Source of the DNA: Marsupella aquatica
Taxonomy: Eukaryota; Plantae; Marchantiophyta
Assembly (NCBI GenBank): GCA_973895155.1
Contig: OZ316894.1
Location: 16,662,216 to 16,726,215 of the forward strand
Reading direction: 5' to 3'
Length of the DNA stretch: 64,000 nt
A model generated the notes under the pieces. That model saw only the letters and a list, made by a program, of their open reading frames with translations, was not told the origin of the DNA and did not search any database. The position numbers and the translations under genes are program-made. Positions 13,571 through 26,400 of this stretch are shown one piece after another. Positions within the stretch are counted from its first letter, which is position 1. The number at the start of each line of letters is the position of its first letter.

Positions 13571-13937
13571 TGAGGTAAACACCAACGTTTTCAGTGTACA
13601 CTTGATTTTAAAATGAGAAAATGAAAACAGGAGATAGTATTTTGGTGTTGTTTATTTACTGGAATGGAAATAATTAGTTTCTAAGGCAGGTCCCTGGACA
13701 AATAGGGGTAACACCACCGTAGATGCAGGAGAATTGTCAGGAGCTGGGATTGAGCTGGAGACGTCTTGGACACAAGTGAGAATCTGGAGCAGAGCGGTAG
13801 GGCCGCTTGGGATCTGTCACAAGTTACCTCTGGCCACCTGAGCTGACCACTAAGCCCCACTCAGATGATTTTCTGTAGCTAACTTTACAGCATGTTGAAT
13901 AAAGTAAAGTAGTGTACTGTAAAGTAAAGTAAAGCAA

Positions 13938-14494
13938 GGGTGGCTTTACAAGACCTTGGGTGCTATTTGAGTGTTTTCTTCCCAAAGCTAATCTATCGGC
14001 TTAACATTCTAAAGATAGTGTAGTGGGGCTAAAAGAGAGCTCGGAATCATTTCATGGCCCCTAAAGCAACAGGAGCAAATTGTGCTAAAACAATTTGCTA
14101 GGAGACAAGTTGGGGACCCACTTCACCTAAAAGTCACATAGTTTTTTTTGGCTAGGTCTCTTCTCATTCTGACAAAAGAACATTGATGAGGCCTGAGGGC
14201 ATGGGGGTTCACTTTAAAAGTAAATGACTCAACAGAGTAATGAACCAAGCAGCTAGACAAAGAGACCTCCAAGAAAGGTGGTCTAAAATATGAGACAAAA
14301 ATGTGCTCCACATAAGTAAAATTTGGGCCCCACTCAATTCCATGTAGGATAGGCAATAGGTTAGGTTCAAAGTGCCCCCAATATTTGTAAAGTGAAGAGG
14401 AGTACTTTCTCCCAAATGCATGACCCTAAATCACATCCTTGGAGATCGACCAGAAAAAAGTTCAAAGTGCCCCCAACTTATTGTAAAGCCACCC
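13938..14494 (-). mobile_element. Tourist-like MITE, copy 2 (inverted relative to copy 1)
   Basis: TIRs GGGTGGCTTTACAA / TTGTAAAGCCACCC. The internal sequence is a reverse-complement homolog of copy 1. The flanks CAA and TGA do not form a clean TSD. Confidence 0.7.
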
Positions 14495-14756
14495 TGAAGT
14501 AAAATACAGTACAGCATTAAAATACACTACAATGCTGTACTACAGTACTGTGGTGCAGTGTAGCTAACTTTCGGGGCAGCTCCAATCATCGAGGGGAGGG
14601 AAGTACTCTTATTGAGGCTCTCACTGTAGTTTATATTTCCCTTGAAAGTTGAGCATTCCTTCCAATACAAAGAAACAGAATGAGGTACTGTTTGTGGAGA
14701 ATTATGGGTAGCAACAGCCCCTTTCAACCCGAGCTGATGCTCTTGTTTTTAGATAC

Positions 14757-15040
14757 ATTATATTCCATAATGCACTCCAAACAGCTCTTTACAATATATT
14801 TATTTTCAAATCTCATGCGTATGTTCTACCTGAGTCAGTACTACCGGTAAGCATATTTTGAGTACGTTCTACATGCAAGACTGCTACCGTAGCAGAGGTA
14901 TTGCAGTGGTATTATATTATATTCCATAATAATGCACTCCAAACAGGTCTTTACCATATATTTATTTTCAAATCTCATATGCTTATACTCCAAATATTTT
15001 TTGAGTACGTACATGCAAGACTGCTACCGTAGCAGAGGTA
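14757..15040. repeat. ~150-bp imperfect tandem duplication in the GT47 promoter region
   Basis: ATTATATTCCATAAT..GCACTCCAAACAG..TCAAATCTCAT and TACATGCAAGACTGCTACCGTAGCAGAGGTA each occur twice. Confidence 0.85.
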
Positions 15041-15760
15041 ATTGAAATAATTTTGGTGAAAATTGTATCGTAATTTTGTAATTTGTCCAAAAAAAAAGGG
15101 CGGGGCGAGGTGGGGGGGGTTTCACGGCCGAGTAGGCGGCGACGTGGAGCAGTGACGGTGGGCTTTGTTTGGTGCGGACTGCTTAGGAGGAGGAGGAGGA
15201 GGTCGAGGACGAGGACGAGGAGAAAGAACACACGACGAAAGGGTGGAAAAAGGAAGGAATGAAGAGGGTGTGGCCGATGGAATGCGATGTCGCTCGTCTT
15301 GCGCCACCATATCAGTTACTGTCTTCTCTACAGTGTTCTGTCGTTCGCTGCGTCGCCCGAGTGCGTGCCAACGACATGGATCGCGATTATTGATTCGTAA
15401 AGATTGCGCAGGCAGAGGACGACGGATGACGAAGATGAAGGAAATATTCATTTATTATTTGCCCGGTGGGGGTCTGTTGGTGAGCGAGTGAGTGTGGATC
15501 CGTCCGTGTAAGAGGACGGGGAGGAGGAGGAGGAGGAGGACGGAGGACGGAGGATATGGCACGATGGATAGTTAATCGGAGGGAAATTCAAGAAGGAATG
15601 AAAGGAGTGAACGTAGGTGGAGGATGTAGATTGATGGATTTGGTTTATGAATCTCGATTGGTCGATTGATTAATTGATTTGGTCTGTATACGATTGAGTG
15701 ATGATGGTGAGCGGATCGGGTGCTGAAAGAGGAAGATGAACGAAACCGCTGGTCGCTGAA

Positions 15761-18700
15761 ATGTTGGCCAAGTCACGAAGTGTGAGGGGAGGAACATGCA
15801 TTGTCATAGGAGCCCTGGTGGGCCTCTCGCTCCTCCTCCCTGTGTTTTTCACGGGAACCAGGCTGTCCGAGAAGATCCTTTTTGACTGGTTGGCTTGGTC
15901 GAACTCGAGCGAGGCGTACACTGTCTATGGTAATTTGTCTAATCTTGCCCTCGGAGGAGGAGGATTACAGCCTAGATTACATTCTTCTTGTCCTTTGAAG
16001 GTGTATGTCTACGAACTGCCTCGGAAATTCAACTTTGGCCTACTGCAACGTGACACTGCGCCAGATCAAGATTTGCCGTGGAGCGAGGATGAGCCTTTAC
16101 CGTCTTGGCCTCAGCATTCTGGCCTCAGAAAGCAGCACAATGTTGAATATTGGATGATGGTGGATCTGCTGGATCGGCATGTTGGACTCGAGGGTGAAAG
16201 AGCAGTCACCCGAGTACAGAGTCCCGAGGAGGCCGACTTATTTTTTGTACCTTTCTTCAGCTCTCTCAGTTTCAACAAATATGGCAGCTTCATGAGGCGT
16301 CCCGAGGCCGAAAAAGATAGGATTCTACAAGTAAGTCACAACAACCACCCATCCCTTCTGGTCATTTTGGAGACTTGGTCCCAGTGATGAAGCTCGGCAA
16401 CTGCGAATGTGGTCCACATTTGATGGGGCAGACATCCGACCTACCGATTGCAAATGATGTTTTCATGTCGATCCAGACAATGCATTGTCCAAACGGACGT
16501 CGCTTTGCAAACTAGCCATGAAGGAACGTTAGTAAGATTGACACTCTAATTACCATAGTTTTTATCGGTATTTTGTATGAATTCCTTCCTTTCTCATTGC
16601 ATTGTACGACGATGGTGCATTTCTAATCTTTCTGTTATCATCTGCCTCTATGATTCCTACTGTCACTGAACTGGAGCAATGACCTGAAACACTCAGATCT
16701 GGCATTACGATCACGAGAAGCCGATGTTTTGCATTTGTGGTAGATTCTATGCCTATCTTACATCGTCAATTGTATAAATTTGGCTGCAGGACGAAGTAGT
16801 GAGTATTCTTTTTAAGTCGGAGTGGTGGCGACGGTCAGGAGGTCAAGATCATGTGATCGCCGTGCATCATCCCAATGCATTCAGGTAGTGCATCCTCTTA
16901 GCTAGATCCTATCTAACACTTTTGTGCCCTTTGAACTTCCTGGAACGCTGGCGATATAGTTGATTCTATCATTTTGTTATCGATGGCTCTTTTTATGGAG
17001 GCAGTGTTATGTGTTGTGGTGGAGCATTTCCTGTCACGGTAGTGATTTCCAAGTGTCCTCACGAAAGATTGGGCCGATATCGACCGCGGTTCTTCCGATG
17101 GTAAAAAAGGTTGTCTATCTGTTGACTGAGTATTATCTCAAATTGCTTAATGCCGCAGGTTTTTTAGACATGCACTGAACTCTTCGATATTTATAGTGGC
17201 GGATTTTGGGCGGAATGCTCCCGACGTATCCTCTCTTAAAAAAGATGTGGTGGCACCATATACACATGTCGTTCCCACATACAAGGACGACGATACAGAA
17301 GATCCTTTCCTATCGAGGACAACGCTTTTGTTCTTTCAAGGCAAAATTAAGCGCAAAGATGTATGTCCATTCTTTCTGTGCGTGTAACTGTCATTTGAGA
17401 GTTGTTCCCATAATTTCAGGTTCGATTTTGTGCAACTTATCATGTTATTGAGCAACCTCCACAACACGTGATTTTGGAGAAATACACTCAAGTGCTCCTT
17501 CCTTCTCAGTTGAAGGTTTTGCTAATCGCTGCTGTTTTGTGGTATTCCAGGACGGGATAGTACGAACTCAACTAGCAGATCTTCTACAATACAAACCCGG
17601 GGTACATTTTGAAGAAGGTGTCGCAAGTGCTGAAGGGCTCCAAGCGGTAAACTTCTGAATCTTTATCTTATCCTGAACTGACTTCTAGAGTCTTATTTTC
17701 CAACACATTTGGAACATGACGGTTTAGACTGGCCTGGAGCCTTGCACTAGTGGCCTTGAACTCTCTGCAAAGCAGCCCAAGAATTTGAATTCAATAGGAG
17801 TCACGTAGGCCTGGATGTACATGATTCATCTTCTGCTTGGCGCTCACGCAAGAACCAGCGTGAGTCACGTACCGAGAAATCTTAGGCTGCTGTCGGATAT
17901 GCGCTCAGTACAGGATACATCAGGAACTAGGTTTATTCGCGTCAAGTGTAGTCACAAAGATGATCCTCTTGCTCAAACCATAGCAAGTATGAGTCTTTGA
18001 GTTCAAGGTCACATGATAACTAGAGGACTTCTGCTTATGCATAAGTGGCCACATCTGTACTGTGAGCGTTTTGGACAAAGAACTGAAACGAAGCGAAACC
18101 TCATGATCAGCTTAATCTCCCGTCGAAGAAATTGTCAAATACATTTGACTTCAGCCATGTTTTGACTAGGTCTCTGGCGTTGTAGATCAACTCATACTTT
18201 GGATGGGCTATGCATTAAATTCTTCTGTTCCCAATTTACCAGTCTTGAACTGGCGAAAATGCTGGTATCATCTCTTGCACCCCTATGTTGTTCCCTTCAT
18301 ATATTGCAGGATTCTGGTTGTATTTATTGCCTTTTTTTTTGGACATTTGTTTGCAGGCAACTCTTGGAATGCGGACCTCACGGTATTGCCTGCATCCAGC
18401 TGGAGACACCCCATCGTCATGTCGTCTGTTTGATGCTATCGTGAGCCATTGTGTGCCTGTCATCATCAGTGATAAGATTGAGCTTCCTTTTGAGGATGAG
18501 TTAAATTACAAGAGCTTTGCATTGTTCTTTTCAGTAGAGGAAGCCTTACAGCCAGGATGGCTATTAACTCAGTTGAATAGTGTTGAAAAGGAACATTGGC
18601 TCGAAATGTTCCTAAAGTTGAAAGAAGTTAGTCACCATTTTGAGTTCCAGCATCCAACAAAGCAAGATGATGCAGTCAATATGATATGGAAGGAACTCCA

Positions 18701-18773
18701 CCATAAAGTTCCCGGAATCAAGCTTGCTATTCACCGCAAGCAACGCTTGAAAATATCAGATTGGTGGAGATGA
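15761..18773 (+). CDS. Exostosin family (GT47) glycosyltransferase, ARAD1-like probable arabinosyltransferase; 5 exons, ~459 aa
   Basis: Exons 15761-16330, 16790-16884, 17159-17360, 17551-17646, 18357-18773. N-terminal TM anchor, then [72 protein letters not shown], which are typical of GT47. Confidence 0.93.
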
Positions 18774-19849
18774 TTTGCAGCCGACCTTTGTGGTGGAGAT
18801 TTTATGCAGCTGACCTCTACTACAGGTGAAGAAAGATTCGTCAACAATCAGAGAAGTAGTGATGTAAATTTAGTGGAAAATCTCATCCGGAAAATTCATT
18901 CAGAGTACATTCTTGACCTCTAGCCGTTTTTCTCACTGGGTTGTAATTAGCTCGTCCGGGGTTGATACTCCCTCTCGCCAGAAATTCGTCCAATAAGAGA
19001 TTTCAGCTTGCTTACTCCTGCTGCGGAGACATTTAGATGAAGGACTCTTGTCTCAAATATGTTTCATCAGTGGCTGTAATGTGAATAGTATTTGACTTTT
19101 GTTCTGCTCTCTTCCCACTTTGCTATAATAAACGATGCAGGACCCAGCTGTCTGATTCCCACAATAATGGCTTTCTTGAGTAATGCAATATGTGAGACCT
19201 TGCTTTGGCCTTTACCTTCCTATGCACATTCTTCTCACACTTGGGTTGTGATGAATAGGACTTTAAACTTTTTGTTGTTGTCTTTGAAGTCTGGAATAGA
19301 CCCAGAAGAATAGGCTTTGATTTGGCTAGAGGTGTTCAACTCTTCCCTTCTTATATGCCTATTTTTGTAAGAGTAAATTATCAAGTTGCTTCAAAGGAGC
19401 ATGACGACTTGGATCGCCACAGACTTGCAACATTCAACATTCTGATCCTGATTCTTGATATTTGCACTTCACCACTCTTTGTAAAGGTAGAGAAACATGT
19501 GGTGCAGAAGCAGCTAAAAGTTTTATGAGAATCGGAAGTGCATCAAATTGTGTTCTTCCTCTATGTGACATTGTTATCTTGTAGAAATTTAGTCAAATAC
19601 TTTACCCTAGATGATGTGTATTCAAGAGGACTTTCCAAACCAAAACCAAATCTGTACCATGTTAGCAAAATCAGTTTTGATCAGGTATGTGATATTGCAA
19701 TTTTTATCAAGTATGTGATATTGTTTTCTGGTGTAAATTTTGCTCAGAAACTGTACCGTGGAGGATGTACTTTCTAGAGAATGTTCCAAACTAAATCTAT
19801 CTACAAAGTCTGCTCAACCTGTGCTTGAACCATGACATCTTGTATGCTG

Positions 19850-20055
19850 TACCTAAATAATTTGACCATATATTTGAAGTTGTAACTAAATAATTTGACC
19901 ATATATTTGAAAGAAGGAAGTCTGTCCAAACTTTGGTCAGACAATTGCATCCTATAGACTCAATGATACAAAATTTGACCATATAGTTGACTAAATGAAA
20001 TGCATCCTATAGACTCGATGAGACAAAATTTGACCAGTTGACTAAATGAAATGAG
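19850..20055. repeat. Cluster of short tandem duplications
   Basis: CTAAATAATTTGACCATATATTTGAA twice, and TGCATCCTATAGACTC.ATGA.ACAAAATTTGACCA..GTTGACTAAATGAAATG twice. Confidence 0.85.
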
Positions 20056-21161
20056 TTCAACTAGTGGGACCCCAAAATCTGCTATTTGTATTTCCATCTG
20101 GTACTTTACGTAGGCCATGGGTTAGCAAGTGTACTTCAACACCCTTTTTCCACACAAGACTTTAAAACTTTGAGACTTATTAAGGCTGGCTGGCTGGAGA
20201 TTATGAAACTTGAGACCTCCTAGACTCCCATAAAACTACAAAGGAAAAATGAAACACAGAACCCCTTTGGATAAGTGAATTTTTTTTTATAATGTATTTT
20301 AAAGGAGCCATTTTTACTCTGTTTACCCCTAAAAAACTTTAAATAAAATTTTGTTTTGAATTAAATAATACCTATAAAGAAAAGATAAATTTCTCATAAG
20401 TTGAAATCTAACATTTTACAATCATTCAATTTACTTTGTCTTTACACTCAATGTAATTTAACATTTTATACATATTTTTATATTCCATAGACCATAAAAT
20501 TAAATAATAATATATATTGTTATATGGTTGTTCAATCATCAACTTATCAATAATACTATTTATACTCTCAAATAGTGTAGCATGGTGAGAACTATACACT
20601 ATGAATAGGAAACAATGTTGCCTATTCAAGGTATCAGTTATCTACCTTGTTTCATAAACTGTTGCATGATTGAATTTTTTTCAAATAATGGAAGAGAATT
20701 GGGCCAATGAGAACTTACAATTCATTTAATTGAGCTCATGGTCTCAGAGAAGAACTACTAGCATGAACCAATACGCTTACTTGCAATTCTAAACAACACT
20801 TAAAATAACACAAGACAATACAAGACACACAATTAAATCTTTCAAATATAAAAAGTTAACATTTGCACTTCCTTTGCCAGACAGAAAGAGCATTTAAACA
20901 AACACTACCAAAACAGAGAGCAATGGATGTACATGACAAACAAATAGTCTTCTCTAAAACCTCCACAATGCACTCTAAGGTCCAACGTATGGCAGTCCTG
21001 CTAGCCAACATTGTCCTTCCGCAATCTTGTTATGGCATCAAGCTCTAACTTTTGACCTTTGCGTGAAGCTCCAAAGTGTTTAAACTGAACATTGGAATTG
21101 GGCAGTATGTTGGCTGCCCCATAAGTCCCTGACTTGAACCTCAAACGTGAATACCAAAAAC

Positions 21162-21211
21162 CCTAACCTAACCTAACCTAACCTAACCTAACCTAACCTA
21201 ACCTAACCTAA
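21162..21211. repeat. (CCTAA)10 perfect pentanucleotide microsatellite
   Basis: Read directly; equals (TTAGG)10 on the minus strand. Confidence 0.95.
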
Positions 21212-22179
21212 CTCCTACCAAAGTCACAATTGCCTTCTTAGGGTACGCCCTTTCATAGCCCTTATGTAGCCCTTGAATAACAGCAGCAACAATTGAGGCC
21301 CCATGAAATTGCTTAGCCTCTAAATATAAAGGACCCATGCATACTTTTAGCTATTTTCTTGGGAAAGGCTAAACATAAATTATTGTTATTTGGGAGTACA
21401 CGTGTCCCAATAGCACAGTGACAAGTGTACCAATTAAAAACTGCCATGTGTCATATGCATGTACATGATGTAAAAAAACCCCAACTTTCTTACACAGATT
21501 CATGGAATATAACCTATTTAATGAGGGCCTATTGTTATTTAAAGCACATCCAAAAATTTAATGGACCCTATTCTTCTTCCACAAAACTTTGGAAGTCTTT
21601 CTTTAGGACCATTTAAATGACCCTATGCTTCGTTGCATGTGATGTGACACTTTCGTGGACCTTGTCTTTTGCACGGTTTAATTCGCCTCTTAAGAAGCCC
21701 AACATTGCACAAGACACCAACTCCCCGATTTCCAAAAAATTCCTTTTGGGCGGGCTGGTTCAAATACTCAACTTGTTTACTTGCGGAGTCCGGAGGTGGT
21801 GACCGGGCACACATAGAGGACCGAGGGTTATTCCCGTTTTCTAAATCTTCGGTTCTCATAATTGAGACCCCTTAATATGTAAACAATACATTTTAGTGGA
21901 CCCGCCTGTGCCACTTTTGGGAGGACTACTGTAGGAGATTGATATCATGAGAATGATAATGGGATGATGGTGGTGTACTACATTGGTGGTATCCTATTAA
22001 ATTCTGTGCATACTGTAACCCATCCACTAGATGGGGTAATGGGTTGTAATCCCTGAGGGAGGTCAGCCCAAGAGGGTTACAGGTCATGGGCTCCTAAGAG
22101 GGGATGGTATACCAAGCAGAAATCCCACAAATGAAAATATTGGAAATTATGTGCTTAGGAGGAACCACAAACCTGAGCC

Positions 22180-22515
22180 AAAGCTCTAACACACAATAAA
22201 TCAGGTCAATGTCCACTTCCCAAGCGAGGGCCTGATCCAAGCCACTAGCACACATTTAAATCAGGGAGTTTCCGCTCCAAAGCCAGGGCCCTTGATTTGC
22301 ACCTCTAACACAGATTTACATCAGGGAATCTCCTGGCCAGGCTGGCACTAGGGGTATGGCCCACAACCTTTAATTTAGATTAAAAACATGATTCCCAGCC
22401 AGGCTGACAACAGGGGTATGGCACACAACCTTCAATTTAAATTAGAAAAATGATGCCCAGTCAGACTCGCAATAGGGGTATGGCCCACGAGCTTCAGTTT
22501 AGATTAAAAAAGTGT
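22180..22515. repeat. Degenerate ~60-bp minisatellite with two unit types
   Basis: About three units of CTAACACA..AAATCAGGG, followed by three units of CCAGGCTG..AGGGGTATGGCCCACAACCTT.AATTTAGATTAAAAA. Confidence 0.75.
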
Positions 22516-23474
22516 TTTGAACAAGGGTGATAGCCACAACCTTGATCCCAGCCATTAATACAGCAAATCTTCTTGCCAGGCTTCAATGAAAATAAAATAA
22601 CCATTCACAACAGGGTGATATTCTCTCCCAAGTTGCGGCCCTGGTCAGAGCCAGTGACAGACATAAATCTGAGAATCTCCTATCGAGGAGTGCATTAATA
22701 TGATTGTAAATCCTCCTATGGTACTCGTAACCTTTAATTCAAATACAAAGAGAGAGTCACTAGAGATAGTCACACTAAAGTACGATAGAAGCATGACTCT
22801 CGTGATTTTTTCGTTGAAAGATTTTACGTCATAACCTTCAATCAAATACAAAGAGAGAGTCACGAGAGGGTTTACAATCATACTAAATCACGACGGAAGC
22901 ATGGCGTCAACACGGGGTATCATCAACTCAGGAGGTATCCACCTCAACTTCGAGATCAAAGTATGGACTCTCCACAAATTACCGTTCTAATGAGTTGAAG
23001 GGCTACGAAAGGGTTCCAAGCTGTTATGCAAGAAATGTCATGGTAAATTGCATGAAGAAAACAAGATCACTCACCCGCGTCTAAGAGTTACACTTCAAGA
23101 TCAGAGCCATGTTCATTGAAATGCCTTGTTCTGGTCTCTGTCACAGTTTAAATGCCCTCTGTACTGTCATTCACCTGCCCGGTAAACTTCACATAAATTG
23201 AAGCAACCCATTGATTTGCACGACAGATTTTCCAACTGATATCGGGGATTGTATCCCGAAAAAATAGATGGCAAGAACCATAATTATACACTCCCCAGTT
23301 CTCGGCCTTCCTCATTGAAGTAGGGGACATGACGTCATCCTTTGAAACTGGAATCTAGTGGAGCTCCTAACACTGATAACACTACCTTCGAACCCGGCAA
23401 AATTATCAGTGAACAACATATTCCTCATTACCGGCGCTCGTGGACGTATCCTGTTCCAACTGAGCGACTCTTAA

Positions 23475-26400
23475 CTAGTTTAGTGACCATAGATGTGTCG
23501 GAGTCTCGTCAGAAATGACAAGATGATCAGCCAGTCTAAAAGTGAGGTCAGATAGGTCTTTTGGCATCTTTCTGAAAGGCTCCAAGTGTACTTCCGATTG
23601 GCTCTGTGCCAAATGCAGTCCTTCAAGCTGCTTCAGCACATCACCATTGCTGCTCCCGTTGCTGCTCCTGCCCTCAGTAAGTGCACTGCACCAAGCAACA
23701 AAATTCAATATTCGTCATCCAGTTGCCTTCCTTCGTATGACCAAAACGGAGTCAAGGCTGGCAAGAGCAGAAAAATAGTGGCAAATTCGTGAAGCATGCA
23801 ATTCTTCGACAACTATCGAGTTTCAGAGGTAGTAAGACATCCCTGAAACTCTGCTAGGGAATCTTGTTCCAATCTCCAAACTGGAATGAGAGATGATATA
23901 TCCAGACCCCACGCTCTTTCATTTTTCCATCCCACTACAGGTCTCTAAAACAAAAAACCTTATCTGAGACAGGTTATGACGAAAGAGTTCAACCAGTGGA
24001 TGGGAAAATATGATACGTGTCAATCCGACATTTCAGTTGAGCCACAGCCAGTTGATCTTGCCTAACGATTTGTTCAACTAGCTAAAAGACCATTCTGTGC
24101 ACGGCGAGAAATTTTCTAAGTCGGTCTATCCTCAGTCCACCCACTAATTTACAATTGCAAAACTGCTGGGCCACTCTGGGTTCGATTCATCAGTCCACCA
24201 TTTGTCCCCAGTCTCCGTCAACGATAGTTTACGAACTTAGTTTCAAGTAAATTACGGTCGTTGATTTCAAGTCGATGTCTAATAGACTAACATAAGCTTT
24301 CTGATGTAAATCTGGAAGACAAAGGTCACACAGATTGATTTACAATTGCGATCAAGATTTCAGGTTCTTGTCGAAACAGAGAACAAACAGGTAGCAATCC
24401 TACTCATCAGCATGCAGGGCTCACAAAATCTATCTAAACCAAGGGCGATCCTAAAGTATCAATCTCTGAACCGAGTTGTGATCCACATTTGATTTCCGCA
24501 GGCCGTCATGACAGCTTCTCCCAGGGTTGAAGCCATGGCTTGAGTCTCTGAAAAGCGACTCAAACTCGACCTATTCCTAGGCCGGCGGCAGGCGAAGAGA
24601 AGGTAGAGGGATGAGCGAAGGACGAATGAAACAACATGACAGGGAGGGCTAGAGAATACCTGGTCGGAGTGGCTCCAGCTTGAGTATTTTGGCTACTTCC
24701 ATAGGAACGGGACTCGTCAGCTAATTGATTGGAGGCTTGTCTTCTTGTATCCCCGATAGAAGACTCGTCGGATGTCGGGCGAGCAGCTTGAAAGAAATCA
24801 TCGAAATCCGTCAAATTCTGCTGGGAGATGTCCACTGACCCGGGCGTTCCTTGAAAGAAGAAGTCATATTCTGTTGTGTGACTTGAACTAACCGCTGTGT
24901 CGGCAGATGGAGGACCCGCTTGCACGAAGTCTTCAAAATCCCCATTCCCTAATTCCGTTGCTTCGTTCTGCTCGAGAGATTCGACTGACAAAGGAGAAGG
25001 TTGAAAAAAATGGTCAAAATCTCCCGTGTCACTTTTACCAAGAGCATTGTCCACTGAATGAGAAGGCGTTGAGAAAAGAGCATCAAAACCAATTGACACA
25101 TTTTGGCCCGGTAATTCCTTCACAGATTGACGTGCATCCTTGAAAAAATCAATATTTGCGACTGCAGTATGACCATTGGATTCACCAGACGGATCAGATG
25201 CAGCTTGAAAGAAGTCTGCGAAGCCCGTCTTCCCATTTTGAACTACGGATTCCTCTGCAGGAGTAACTGTCTTGACCGTCTGACCATGGGAGTGGTTGAT
25301 AGGCGTATTAGCTCCTTGAAATGACTCATCAAAATCTGGTTCCGCTATCTGGCCATTAGATTTGGCAAGATTGCCAGGAACGCCAGGTTGTGCATACTGG
25401 CCATGTAATCTACCCTCCAATTTTTGAGGCGTTTTAAAGAAGTAATCGAAATCCGTTTGGCCATAGTGTCCACCCGACCCATTCGCTGACTTCGGAGCGG
25501 CTTGAAAAAAGTCATCAAAATCCGTTTCGATGTTTTCGCCGCCCGATCCCTCTGCCGAATTTCGCTGAGCCCGGTCTGTGTTATAAACACGGGAATTGCC
25601 TGTCGGCTCAGAATCTGCTTGCAAGAAGTCGTCGAAATCGGGTTCTCCATCTTGGCCATTTGATCCTTCAGCTGGAGGGATAACAGGTGCCTGTACTTGC
25701 AGTCCACGGGGATGACTTGCTAATTCAGGAACAGCTAGAAATGTATCAAAATCCGCTCGTAACCTTTGGCTGCTATTTTCATCCACTGTGATAGGAATTA
25801 GCTCTTCCACATTTTGGCTATGGTCTTGGTCTCCTGGTTTGTGGCCTTCTTGAAATGAGTCATCAAAATAGTTCACTTTGTGGCCATTGGATTCCTCCGC
25901 TACATGAGAAGCACCTGTCTGAATATTCTGATCCCGGGATTGGTTTCTTGACACAGGAGGGGCTTGAAAGGAGAAGTCGAAATCCGAGTCCAAATTCTTA
26001 ACACTGGGTTTCGGTGGAGAAAGGGGAGCAGCTGCTGCCTCTACTTTTGGACTTTTTTCAGAAAAGAAATCGAAAATCGTATCTTTTGTGTGGCTACTTG
26101 AATCCTCTCCTACATGAGGTATAGCCATTTCTTGATTTAAACCGCCAAGTTGGTCTGCTGATCCAGGAGCTGCCTGAAGAAAGTCATCGAAATCATGCTC
26201 TCCGTCATGGCCTGTGGAGTCTTCTGTTGTATGCGGAATGGGAGTCTCTAAGTTCAGTCCACCCGAATGATCTCCTAATCCAGAAGAAGCTTTAAAAAAA
26301 TCATCGAAATCTGTTTTTATTTTATGGCCGCTGGTTCCTTCTAATGTGTAAGGGGGAGGTTTATCTAACTTAAGTCCACGCGAGTGATCTGCTGATCTTG

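Noticed and set aside
24400-24547. Possible extra exon of the minus-strand DFxDFF gene
   Set aside because: Reading through meets stops in the frames I tested, and exon 3 joins the last exon at 23685 in phase without it.
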